64,000 bases of DNA, from assembly GCA_902587025.1 (NCBI GenBank), contig CACIJJ010000004.1, positions 4,510 through 68,509 on the forward strand, read 5' to 3'. The notes under the pieces were generated by a model. The model ran no database searches. It was not told where the DNA came from and saw nothing but the letters and a program-made list of their open reading frames with translations. Below are positions 1 to 9,073 of this stretch, one piece after another. A program made the position numbers and the translations under genes. Origin of the DNA: an uncultured Candidatus Actinomarina sp. (GTDB taxonomy: Bacteria > Actinomycetota > Acidimicrobiia > Actinomarinales > Actinomarinaceae). The stretch's first letter is position 1. Each line of letters starts with the position of its first letter.

Positions 1-1077
1 TTTATCAAATGCAACATCCCAATCAAGTGTTGGACTACCCTCGTGACAACCAGCACCATCATTATTTGTTGTATTGTTTGCATAGAGATATGAGCTTGAG
101 TATGTAGCTCTATCAACAGAAAAGCTATTGTTTCCATTATGGTTTATCTTATATAACTGTCCAGTTCCATTGTTTATTGCATAAAGTTCATCTTTACCAA
201 AACCAAACACAGCACCTGCAGCATCACCAGAACTAGACCAGTTAGATGGTGTTGAAACACTTTGAGATTGAACATTTATTGATATTGACTCACTTCCACC
301 ACTATCACCTTGGTTCGTGTGTGATATGTATCCATATACAACTTTTCCATTTTTTCTGTCATAGCCAATTACATCTGGATTTTCCCCATCTGATAATCCG
401 GTAAAGTTCGCATTTGGTAACCAAGTAAAGTCTTTCGCTTTATTTGTGCCGCTCTCTCCAGTTCTGGACATTGAAATCTCAGTTGTTGAGCCATCTGTAT
501 TTAGTCTTATTGCAATATTATTACCCTTCATGAAACCATTTGAAGTCACCAAATATTTGTATCCATTTTTTTCGTAATATGTACCAGCATTATTATCTCC
601 ATCAGCCAATTGCTCGATAAAATCAGCTGTTCCATTGGTACCACTTGACGGCATATTTAATTTAAATAAGTACAGATCATCATCAGTTTGTTTAAGGAGG
701 GCATAGGCGTTTCCATCCCTATCCATCATGAATGAATTAACCTCGCTTATACTCGATCCATTGGATCCGTTATAAGGAGAAAAATCTGAATGTGTAAATG
801 TTGCAACAACTGTAGTATTTCCATTATTGCCATCAGTCTGACCAGTACTCGCTTGCCATCTGTAAACATCTAAATGATCGGAATCCCAGACACTTTGATA
901 AGCATATGCCCTTCCATCATTATTAAAACACGTGAATTCTCCAGTAGCATAAGCAGGTTCAGGATCAACTGTCTCAATTGTTACATATACAAGTGAGACA
1001 ATCATTAAAAATGACATAACTAAATTGAAAGTTTTCCTATTAAAGACGAACGAAAACAGCTTTTTAAACAAAAGCAC
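1..1077 (-). CDS. secreted or membrane-anchored repeat protein; only the N-terminal part is present because the gene runs off the left edge
   Basis: The minus-strand frame is open from the window edge to about 1017-1077. It is missing from the ORF track because no stop lies inside the window. My translation starts ..LLFKKLFSFVFNRKTFNLVMSFLMIVSLVYV, a charged n-region followed by a hydrophobic segment. G/N/S/T/D-rich segments with recurring aromatic-Gly motifs follow (e.g. FGFGKDELYAINNGTGQLYKI). The start is ambiguous: GTG 1077, TTG 1071 or ATG 1017. Confidence 0.55.
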   Translation of the reverse strand, partial: MLLFKKLFSFVFNRKTFNLVMSFLMIVSLVYVTIETVDPEPAYATGEFTCFNNDGRAYAYQSVWDSDHLDVYRWQASTGQTDGNNGNTTVVATFTHSDFSPYNGSNGSSISEVNSFMMDRDGNAYALLKQTDDDLYLFKLNMPSSGTNGTADFIEQLADGDNNAGTYYEKNGYKYLVTSNGFMKGNNIAIRLNTDGSTTEISMSRTGESGTNKAKDFTWLPNANFTGLSDGENPDVIGYDRKNGKVVYGYISHTNQGDSGGSESISINVQSQSVSTPSNWSSSGDAAGAVFGFGKDELYAINNGTGQLYKINHNGNNSFSVDRATYSSSYLYANNTTNNDGAGCHEGSPTLDWDVAFDK

Positions 1078-1171
1078 AACAAAGTTGAAGGCGTTTAATA
1101 TTTTTATATTCCCCACTTCTACAACAAATTCTTATTTTAACTTAGAAAAGTTTCTAATCAAACAAATTTTT

Positions 1172-2500
1172 CTACGAAAACTTTGCTTTTATTGATTCAA
1201 TGATTTGATTTTTTTGAGGACCTAAAGTCTCAAAATCCTCATCCTTATCAATCTCAGACACAGGAAAATCTTCGATAATTGGAGATATTACATTGCTGAA
1301 CTTATCAGGTGATGCAGTAGCTACAGCGACTGTTGGAACACTTGAATTTATATCTATAGCCATTCTTAAAGATGTAACCGTATGGGGATCAAAAACAAAA
1401 TTAAAAAGATCATTGAATGTTTTTATTTCCTCTTTTATCTTTTCATCATCAAAGGTCTGTGAGCTAAATATATGTTGTAATTTATCTCTGCTACCTTCCC
1501 TTAACATTCCTTTTTTATTTTCATTAAGATCTTGATAGAAAGATGATGCATCTGATTCAAAGTCATATATTAATCTCTCTAAACTAGATGGGATCTGAAT
1601 ATCCATACTTGGGGCAACACTGGGTTTTGTTGTTTGTGGTTCTAGGATTCCAGAATCAATAAAACGCTTCAAGACATCATTAACATTTGTTGTACACATG
1701 ATCTGATTTATTTTCAGTCCATGTGATCTACCAAACCATGCTGAGTAAGCATTACCAAAATTTCCAGACGGTATTGCAACATTTATTGGTGAAGTAAACT
1801 GTTTAGTCAACCAGACATAATAAGAGACCTGTCCCATAACTCGAAGCCAGTTGATTGAGTTCAAAGAGATAATTCTTCTCTCAAATGGATTGTCAGATAA
1901 TATCTCTTTTGCAATTCTCTGACAGTCATCGTATGACCCTTCAACTGCAATATTGAAAACATTATCTTTGATAACACTTGTCATTTGTTTTCTTTGATAT
2001 TCACTAATTTTGTTTGCAGGATGAAGAACAACAATATCAATGTTGTCTGAATCTTTTACAGCCTGGATGGCAGCACTACCAGTATCACCACTGGTTGCCA
2101 CAAGAACGAGTCCTCTCTCTCCTAATTCACTTAGTCTTTTATCAGCAATTGCCCCTAGAGGTTGTAGTGCATAATCTTTAAATGATTTTGTAGGTCCATG
2201 AAAAAGCTCCATAACGACAGTTGTATCATTTAAATCTTTAAGTACTGGTTCTGGAGAGTTTTCAAATCCAGAATATAGTGATAAGTCATCAACATATTTA
2301 GCTGAGTTTTTATCCAGTGCAATAAAGATTGTTTTTACAAAATCTTCATAACTTAAGTCTTCTTCAGTTAGATGATTGAGATTATCGATTGTTAATGAAT
2401 TAGGTAAATAAAGGCCTTTATCAGGTGCTAAACCTGAGAGAATTACATCTTTAAAAGAGAGTCTCTCTTTATGTCCCCTGGTTGATTGATACTGTACCAC
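1172..2500 (-). CDS. thrC: threonine synthase
   Basis: 442 aa. It has the N-terminal YQSTRG motif and the PLP-lysine context HGPTKSFKD. It lies directly downstream of hom with no intergenic base. Confidence 0.9.
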   Translation of the reverse strand: MVQYQSTRGHKERLSFKDVILSGLAPDKGLYLPNSLTIDNLNHLTEEDLSYEDFVKTIFIALDKNSAKYVDDLSLYSGFENSPEPVLKDLNDTTVVMELFHGPTKSFKDYALQPLGAIADKRLSELGERGLVLVATSGDTGSAAIQAVKDSDNIDIVVLHPANKISEYQRKQMTSVIKDNVFNIAVEGSYDDCQRIAKEILSDNPFERRIISLNSINWLRVMGQVSYYVWLTKQFTSPINVAIPSGNFGNAYSAWFGRSHGLKINQIMCTTNVNDVLKRFIDSGILEPQTTKPSVAPSMDIQIPSSLERLIYDFESDASSFYQDLNENKKGMLREGSRDKLQHIFSSQTFDDEKIKEEIKTFNDLFNFVFDPHTVTSLRMAIDINSSVPTVAVATASPDKFSNVISPIIEDFPVSEIDKDEDFETLGPQKNQIIESIKAKFS

Positions 2501-3757
2501 TTAGACGTATACGCGTAGTGTTGAGGTCACCGTAGTGACAGAATCTAATGCAGATATTTGATCAATAGAATTTTTAATATCTTTTTCTGGTGCTTCATGA
2601 GTGACAAGAACGAGCTCAGCCTTATCTCCCCTACCTTCTTGGATAACACTTTCAATACTGACATTGTTCTCTCCAAAAGTTCCAGATATATTTGCCAAAA
2701 CTCCAGGTTCATCATTTACAGACAAGCGAATAAACATGCTCGATTGAACATCTTCAAAATTTTTCATCTCACCTTTGAATTCTCTTAATGGGTACCAGTT
2801 TGTTTGATCGCTGCTTAGTTGATGGCAAGCGCTTAACACATCTCCAATAATTGCACTTGCTGTTGGTTCTGCTCCAGCTCCTGGTCCAGAAAATACAAGC
2901 TGATTTATATTATCCCCTTCAACAACGACTGCATTTAAGGCACCTCTTATTGCTGCGAGAGGATGCTTTGTGTCAATTAACACAGGGTGAACTCTTGCAT
3001 TAAATCCATTTTTGTTATCTATTTGTGCAACTAATTTTATTGTTTTACCAAGTCGTGCAGCCCACTCAAAATCTTCTTTTGTTATACCTGAGATACCATC
3101 AGTAAATAGATCATCAGAGGTTGGAGATGTTCCAAAACAAAGTAAAGATAAAATAACTGCTTTATATTTAGCATCTAAACCTTCAACATCATTTGTTGGA
3201 TCTGGTTCTGCATACCCTAGTTCTTGAGCAGTAGATAAAGCATCGTCATAGGTGCTTCCCTCTTCCATTGATGTAAGCATATAATTACTTGTTCCATTAA
3301 TAATCCCTGATACTTTTGTTAATTCCTCTCCTCGAAGACTTTCAATAATTGGTTTAAGTACAGGTATACCTGCAGCGACTGCTGCCTCAAAATATAAACA
3401 AGCATTATTTTCTTTTGCAGTATTAATTAGATCAGATCCAGAATCGGCAATGATATCTTTATTTGCTGTTATTACTGCTTTACCATTTTGCAAGAGTGCC
3501 TTTATGTAATCTTTACCGGGATCAATACCTCCAAGAACTTCTATAACAAGATCAATTGAATCATCATTTAAAATGTCATCAAAATTGTCGGTGAGAATAT
3601 CGTCTGATATTTCTCTTTTTTTACTTTTATCTTTTACTAAAACTCTTTTTACATTTAATCCAACTATTCCTTTATCTAAGTTCATGAGGCGTGAGATAAC
3701 AGCTGAACCAATATTGCCAGCACCCATAACAGCTACATTAAATGTTTTATTTTCCAT
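2501..3757 (-). CDS. hom: homoserine dehydrogenase
   Basis: 418 aa. It has the Rossmann motif GAGNIGSAV, a homoserine dehydrogenase core, and a C-terminal ACT-like region (FIRLSVNDEPGVLANISG). Confidence 0.9.
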   Translation of the reverse strand: MENKTFNVAVMGAGNIGSAVISRLMNLDKGIVGLNVKRVLVKDKSKKREISDDILTDNFDDILNDDSIDLVIEVLGGIDPGKDYIKALLQNGKAVITANKDIIADSGSDLINTAKENNACLYFEAAVAAGIPVLKPIIESLRGEELTKVSGIINGTSNYMLTSMEEGSTYDDALSTAQELGYAEPDPTNDVEGLDAKYKAVILSLLCFGTSPTSDDLFTDGISGITKEDFEWAARLGKTIKLVAQIDNKNGFNARVHPVLIDTKHPLAAIRGALNAVVVEGDNINQLVFSGPGAGAEPTASAIIGDVLSACHQLSSDQTNWYPLREFKGEMKNFEDVQSSMFIRLSVNDEPGVLANISGTFGENNVSIESVIQEGRGDKAELVLVTHEAPEKDIKNSIDQISALDSVTTVTSTLRVYV

Positions 3758-3800
3758 ATTTAGTAAGGATAAATGTTATTCAGATTGAAACAACAGTTTT

Positions 3801-6356
3801 TTATTCATCACCATCAGCGATTCCATCTGTGTCAGCATCTGAGCTTGCATTTGGGTCTAAAGGAAATGCATCTAAAGAGTCTAATACCCCATCACCATCA
3901 TCATCTGTGTCTGATGAATTATCGATACCGTCTCCATCTGTATCAACAGCAGTTAGTTTCCATCTTCTCATAAATTCATCTTCAAACATTACTATTCCTA
4001 CTTCAGGGTTCACCCAAAAATTTAGTATCTGTAAAGACCGGTGAAATGAACTTGATGCACCAACACTAACTTGTGAATGAGTAATTTTGTATGCATCGTA
4101 TGCACCGTGAGGTGTAACAACTAACTCTTGATTTACATAATTTGTAAAATTCCAAGTATCGTAATAAGTAGTGCCAAAAGTGGATGTATTTTCATATCTT
4201 GAAGAACAATCTGATTCATTATATTCACCTGTCTTCATGTAATGGTCAATGAATAGACAAGGATTTTGAAATTCTCTTTCAATAGAGCCGTCACTTGGTG
4301 TTGAACCGGCAAATATCTTTTCCCAACCAACAGTCTTTATAAAGTAATTACCATTGTTTATATAAAATAATATTCCAAATTTGTGGTTAACATCGCCTGT
4401 ATTAAATGGATTCACATAATTCATATCACAATTTTGTGTATCACACCAGTAAAAAGTTTCGTATGTAGTTCCACCATCCTCAATATCTGAGCCTTTTTCG
4501 ACATACATTGTTTTTGTTGCAGAAGTAGTTTCAGAAATTGATTCTGTAAAGCTATATGATGATGAACCACCATCAATTAATGGAAAATATGCTTTTGATT
4601 TTATTGAATAACTTCCGATGTCAACGCCATAATTTGTAGATGGCCCAAATCTGTCATATTCATGTGCATATTCTTGCATTACTCTCGAAGCATCAGATTG
4701 ATCATTTACTCCAGCACTTTGTGTGCCTTGTGTTCCATCATTTTGATAGTGGAAAGGAATGCCAAGATCATTTACTTCTGGAAATCCAGCACATGTTAAA
4801 TCTGGATTTGAATAAATTCCACAAAAAGCCATTCCATACCCTACGAGAGTTGAGAAAGGTTGGTCGCCTGTCTGATTATAAGCATGTGCATAATCGGTAA
4901 TTCCATCTCCTGTTGATCCAGGATTCGAACTTTGCTCTCTTGAATGTGCTATCCCCAAAGCATGTCCTAACTCATGTGGAAAGAGCTTGTTATTATATCT
5001 GTAATCCAAGCTTGTAGCTTTGAAAACATTTCTCCTGTCTTTTGTTGTATCTCTATATAAATATGAAGAACTTCCCTCTCCAGGAAGGAGTGCACCTACA
5101 ATATCAGCACCTTTTTTAACTTTAGTTTTGTGGACTTCTTGATCATATTGTAAAAAGTTTAAAATATTGCTACTTACGTCTGAGTAAGTCACATTCCAAG
5201 AATGGATATCCAAAACATTCATTTCCAAGTTAGTAATCTGACTATTCGTAAAAATCTCATTTTGATTTGTCTCTAACTGACCCTGAGCAAAAGAAAGCAA
5301 TTCACTGGTAGTATCGTAATCGCTTGGTGCAGATCCAATTGTGTCATTGTGGTAAACAAGTAAAAGATCTATGGAAAATTTTTCTGATATATCTGTCACG
5401 TTAACTGTAAAATTTTTGCAAGATATTCCCAAACTGTCAGTCACATTTGCAGTTGCTGAATAACTTGTCTTTTGCTCATAGTCAGCATTTGTATTTAAAG
5501 TTATTACTCCGTTTGAATCAACCGACATAAGTCTTGAATCACTTCCAGTAATTGAGTAAGACAATGTGCCTGATCCCGTTGCTGAAATGGTATCAATAGA
5601 TTTTTGATTTTCATTTATTGTTATTGGAGTAGTTAAATTAGTAATTGTTGGACCATTGCTACAGCTATCCTCAGAAGAATTTCCTGATCCAGTTCCACCA
5701 GTTCCAGGTGTTATTCCTGGGATGGGTTTTTCTATAAAATCAAAACCACTATTTTTTAATTGTTTATGTTCATCGCAGTCTCTATATGTAGTCCATTCAC
5801 CTGCTGCATTCCATAAAGTTCCAACTTCTCCATGCCACATCTTTCCACCATCATCACAATCAATTTTCTCACTTACTGTTTCCGTGATAATTTCATCAAC
5901 CTCTGTGATAACTTCATCGACCTTTAAGAGATTTTGTTTTATTGGTCTATTTTCAAAAAAAGTACATTCTTTGTAAGCTAAATAGTCACCGCAATCTATA
6001 AATATAGCTTTGACCTCCATCTCACAATTGTTATAAGTTGTCATAGCTTTATGTGTTGAAGGTCCAATAATGCCATCAACTCTAATCCCAATAAATCTTT
6101 GAAAATTTTTGATTGCTAGCCTAAGACTTTTTGTCATATAAGCTTCAATTTTTCCAGTGAAAAAACCTTCTTCATTGAGAAAATCATATAAATTACTAAC
6201 TTCAAGAAAATTTACATTACTGTAATTATTTTCAACACATTCCTGAGCAGTTTCCTTAAAGACTGATTCATTTACTTCAATTTGGGTTGGAAACATTAGA
6301 GTTGTGAAAATAATCAAAAATACAAAAATAAAACAAGTAAAAATTCTCCAACCCAT
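3801..6356 (-). CDS. secreted multidomain metzincin-type zinc metalloprotease with PG-binding, cadherin-like, protease and TSP3-like Ca-binding regions
   Basis: 851 aa with an N-terminal hydrophobic signal or anchor. A PG_binding_1-like segment is present (LAIKNFQRFIGIRVDGIIGPSTHKAM). A cadherin-like module follows (ITINENQ..SYSITGSD..VDSNGVITLN..ANVTD). The zinc motif is HELGHALGIAHS (HExxHxxGxxH). The C-terminus has DxDxDG repeats (DTDGDGIDNSSDTDDDGDGVLD..DADTDGIADGDE). Confidence 0.7.
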   Translation of the reverse strand: MGWRIFTCFIFVFLIIFTTLMFPTQIEVNESVFKETAQECVENNYSNVNFLEVSNLYDFLNEEGFFTGKIEAYMTKSLRLAIKNFQRFIGIRVDGIIGPSTHKAMTTYNNCEMEVKAIFIDCGDYLAYKECTFFENRPIKQNLLKVDEVITEVDEIITETVSEKIDCDDGGKMWHGEVGTLWNAAGEWTTYRDCDEHKQLKNSGFDFIEKPIPGITPGTGGTGSGNSSEDSCSNGPTITNLTTPITINENQKSIDTISATGSGTLSYSITGSDSRLMSVDSNGVITLNTNADYEQKTSYSATANVTDSLGISCKNFTVNVTDISEKFSIDLLLVYHNDTIGSAPSDYDTTSELLSFAQGQLETNQNEIFTNSQITNLEMNVLDIHSWNVTYSDVSSNILNFLQYDQEVHKTKVKKGADIVGALLPGEGSSSYLYRDTTKDRRNVFKATSLDYRYNNKLFPHELGHALGIAHSREQSSNPGSTGDGITDYAHAYNQTGDQPFSTLVGYGMAFCGIYSNPDLTCAGFPEVNDLGIPFHYQNDGTQGTQSAGVNDQSDASRVMQEYAHEYDRFGPSTNYGVDIGSYSIKSKAYFPLIDGGSSSYSFTESISETTSATKTMYVEKGSDIEDGGTTYETFYWCDTQNCDMNYVNPFNTGDVNHKFGILFYINNGNYFIKTVGWEKIFAGSTPSDGSIEREFQNPCLFIDHYMKTGEYNESDCSSRYENTSTFGTTYYDTWNFTNYVNQELVVTPHGAYDAYKITHSQVSVGASSSFHRSLQILNFWVNPEVGIVMFEDEFMRRWKLTAVDTDGDGIDNSSDTDDDGDGVLDSLDAFPLDPNASSDADTDGIADGDE

Positions 6357-6398
6357 AAAGAAAAATTCTAAGTTGTAAAATTTTCTATTTCAAATAAT

Positions 6399-6845
6399 TT
6401 AAGTCAGTTTTTGTTTGACTATTTTACTTACGACCGAACCATCTATGCCGTCACCTTTTGCCATAACTGCACCAATTACTCTTCCCATTTGGGAAATATC
6501 AACGTCACCTAATTCAGAAAGGACCTCATCAACAATTTTTTCAACTTCCTCTTCACCAAGTTGTTCTGGTAAATAGGTACTTAGAAAATCAATCTCAAAT
6601 TGTATTTTTTCTGCCATCTCTTGACCCCTATCACCCAAGGATTGATATTCTTCAACAGCCTTTATCATTTTTTTAACATATGAAGATATCACTCCAAGTA
6701 CAAGATCATCATTTACTTCTTCGCCTTTTTCAGCTTTCTTTTTTGCAATCTCTGTTTGGATTTGTCTAATAGCATCAAGTTTGGGTTTATCTTTTGCCTT
6801 CATTGCATCTTTTAATGCTGAGCTTAAGTCATCTGCTAGTGCCAT
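6399..6845 (-). CDS. yqeY: GatB/YqeY domain protein
   Basis: 148 aa. It resembles B. subtilis YqeY over its full length as I recall that sequence (L..ALK.AMK.KD...L..IR, YLPEQL.EEE, MG.V.GAVMAK..G..DG). Confidence 0.8.
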   Translation of the reverse strand: MALADDLSSALKDAMKAKDKPKLDAIRQIQTEIAKKKAEKGEEVNDDLVLGVISSYVKKMIKAVEEYQSLGDRGQEMAEKIQFEIDFLSTYLPEQLGEEEVEKIVDEVLSELGDVDISQMGRVIGAVMAKGDGIDGSVVSKIVKQKLT

Positions 6846-6864
6846 AATTTTCTTTCCTATCTAG

Positions 6865-7503
6865 TTAAAGTTTATCACCAATATCAGTGACCACACCATA
6901 AACTCCTGTATTTAAAATATTATCTATTTCATCTTTATCATTAACTGTCCACACAACACATTTATCTTTTGGTAGGTCAAACTTTCTAGAATGAAAAATA
7001 TCTTTCTGGATCATAAACATTAAATTATCATCTAAATTCGAAATAGATTTGCTTTCGAATAATTGATTTTCTTCATCAATCAAAATACCATATCTTGAAT
7101 TAAATTTTTCTCTGTTGCTTAAAATTGTTCCCCAATCAAATGAAGAAACAATATCATCAGGATTTGTTAACTCAATAATTTTTTCTACAAAGATGGTGTT
7201 TAGAGTTTCTTGTTTATTGTTTACTTTTAATTCAAAATTTACATCTCCCAATATTTGATCTCTAGATGTTAAATGATTATCACTTAGGTCAGTACTTTTA
7301 ATGTCTGATATCTCTTGTAATGACAAATCTTCAATTTCTTGATTATTAATTGTCGAATCATGAAAAAGAATTAACTCTTCATCTTTTGTTATCCGTACAT
7401 CTGTTTCAACGAAATCACATATTTCAAGGGCTTTATTGAGACTCAAAAAGGTGTTTTCAGGGTATAAATTGGGTAAACCTCTATGACCAAAAATTTTTTT
7501 CAA
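6865..7503 (-). CDS. glycerophosphodiester phosphodiesterase family protein
   Basis: 212 aa. The N-terminus has the GDPD signature GHRG..N.YPENT......A......VETDVR.TKD..L...HD. Confidence 0.75.
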   Translation of the reverse strand: MKKIFGHRGLPNLYPENTFLSLNKALEICDFVETDVRITKDEELILFHDSTINNQEIEDLSLQEISDIKSTDLSDNHLTSRDQILGDVNFELKVNNKQETLNTIFVEKIIELTNPDDIVSSFDWGTILSNREKFNSRYGILIDEENQLFESKSISNLDDNLMFMIQKDIFHSRKFDLPKDKCVVWTVNDKDEIDNILNTGVYGVVTDIGDKL

Positions 7504-7550
7504 AAATACTTCCTTATATTTCCAATTTTAGTACAATTAATTCACTAGAT

Positions 7551-7566
7551 TGTGAAACATTTCACA
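7551..7566. promoter_or_regulatory. CRP/FNR-type operator TGTGA-AACATT-TCACA in the divergent intergenic region upstream of the whiB1-like gene
   Basis: The sequence is a perfect match to the TGTGA-N6-TCACA consensus. The palindrome extends to 7550..7567. The site lies 15 nt upstream of GTG 7581 and 54 nt upstream of ATG 7620. Confidence 0.55.
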
Positions 7567-7580
7567 AAGTAAGGAATAAA

Positions 7581-7865
7581 GTGCAAATAGTAAATTTTGA
7601 CTTAGAACAAGAACTTTGGATGCAGGAAGGGGCATGCGTTTTTGCTGATCCCGACCTGTTTTTTCCAGTAGGTTCTTCTATGAAAGCATTAAAACAAGCT
7701 GCTGAGGCTAAGGCAATTTGTAATGAGTGTGACGTAAAAATTGAATGTTTAGAATATGCTATTAGAACAAATCAAGACTCTGGTGTTTGGGGTGGAGCAA
7801 CAGAGGACGAGAGAAAATCAATTAGAAGAGAGTATAAAAAAACAGGTACTCTTGTAACTTCCTAA
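7581..7865 (+). CDS. whiB: WhiB-family Fe-S transcription factor, WhiB1-like
   Basis: It has four Cys (C..x..CxxC..xxxxC) and the motifs DPDLFFPVG and QDSGVWGG..EDER. GTG 7581 follows an AAGGA Shine-Dalgarno sequence. The alternative in-frame ATG 7620 would give an 81-aa product of typical WhiB1 length. Confidence 0.9.
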   Translation: MQIVNFDLEQELWMQEGACVFADPDLFFPVGSSMKALKQAAEAKAICNECDVKIECLEYAIRTNQDSGVWGGATEDERKSIRREYKKTGTLVTS

Positions 7866-8086
7866 ACTAAGCCAGCTTCCCTTTTATCGGTATCATCAAC
7901 AAATTCAATGGAATGTATTTGTTTAGCGTTGATGCCAATCTCACCATCTTCATCTTTAATCCAATACATTCCACCATTTTGGATTAATTCTTCAATTTCT
8001 TTTGTAAATTTCTTCTTATCATCAACTTCGGTTTGAAATTCCTTCATTGAACCAAGTAGTGCGATTTTTACTTTTTGCTTTGCCAC
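7862..8086 (-). CDS. DUF3107-like small actinobacterial protein
   Basis: 74 aa. Its length and pattern (VKIALLG...E........I..A...GG....KD..G....I.A..I..IEF) match my memory of DUF3107 (TB9.4-like) proteins. It overlaps the whiB 3' end convergently by 4 nt. Confidence 0.55.
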   Translation of the reverse strand: MAKQKVKIALLGSMKEFQTEVDDKKKFTKEIEELIQNGGMYWIKDEDGEIGINAKQIHSIEFVDDTDKREAGLV

Positions 8087-8095
8087 TATATCTCC

Positions 8096-9073
8096 TTATA
8101 AAACGTTTTCACCCATAAAAATTGCAGAGACAGAATCATCCGCAAAAATAGATGTTAGTGCCGTTGCAATAATAGAGGAAACGGAGAGAATGTTTACATT
8201 TCCGATTTTTTCTATATTCCCATTTTGTTTAAGTGTGTCTGTTACGACGATTTCTTCTATAGGAGTGTCTTGAAGTTTATCGACACTTTCATCAGAAAAA
8301 ATTCCATGAGTTGCTGCTACGCTCACAGATTTTGCACCTCTCTCAATTAGAGCTCTTGATGCAGCAGCAATTGTGCCTCCTGTATCAATTATGTCATCAA
8401 ATAATATTGCGTGTCGATCCTCAACTTCACCGATGACAGTAAATGCCTTTACTTCATTATGTATCTTTGGATCTCTCTTCTTGTGTACAAAACCAACATA
8501 AGCCTCCATGTTTTTAGCAAAAGTTGTAGCTCTTCTCACTCCTCCAGCGTCTGGGGAAATTATTGTTATAGGCTCTTGAAATTTTTCTTTAAAGTAATTT
8601 ACAAATAATGGCATAGCTGTCAAATGATCGAATGGCTGATCAACAAATCCTTGAATCTGTTGTGTGTGTAAATCAATTGAGACTATCCTGTCTGCTCCTG
8701 CTGCAATAAATAGGTCGGCAACTAATCGAGCAGATATTGGCTCTCTAGGTAATGCTTTTTTATCCTGTCTTGAATATGGGTAAAACGGAAGTACAGCAGT
8801 GATTCTTTTTGCAGATGCTCTTTTTAAGGCATCTACAAGTAAAAGCTGCTCCATAATTGTAAAGTTAACTTGGCCTGAATGGCTTTGCATTACAAAACAA
8901 TCAGCACCTCTCACACTTTCTTGTAAACGTATATAAATTTCTCCATTTGCAAATTGAGTTTTATCTACTTCAGCAAGTTCAGTTCCTAATTCTTTTGCAA
9001 CTTTATCGGCCAATTCAGGATTTGAAGAACCTGAGAATATGAGCATTTTCTTTTTGCCAGCTCTCTCAATCAT
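8096..9073 (-). CDS. prs: ribose-phosphate pyrophosphokinase
   Basis: 325 aa. PRPP synthetase motifs are present (DLHTQQIQGF, DDIIDTGGT). It shows the usual actinobacterial glmU-prs pairing. Confidence 0.95.
   Translation of the reverse strand: MIERAGKKKMLIFSGSSNPELADKVAKELGTELAEVDKTQFANGEIYIRLQESVRGADCFVMQSHSGQVNFTIMEQLLLVDALKRASAKRITAVLPFYPYSRQDKKALPREPISARLVADLFIAAGADRIVSIDLHTQQIQGFVDQPFDHLTAMPLFVNYFKEKFQEPITIISPDAGGVRRATTFAKNMEAYVGFVHKKRDPKIHNEVKAFTVIGEVEDRHAILFDDIIDTGGTIAAASRALIERGAKSVSVAATHGIFSDESVDKLQDTPIEEIVVTDTLKQNGNIEKIGNVNILSVSSIIATALTSIFADDSVSAIFMGENVL

Noticed and set aside
4915-4935. A tRNA-like T-arm string, ggattcgaac.
   Set aside because: It lies inside the 851-aa protease CDS. 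The flanking sequence gives no acceptor or anticodon stems.
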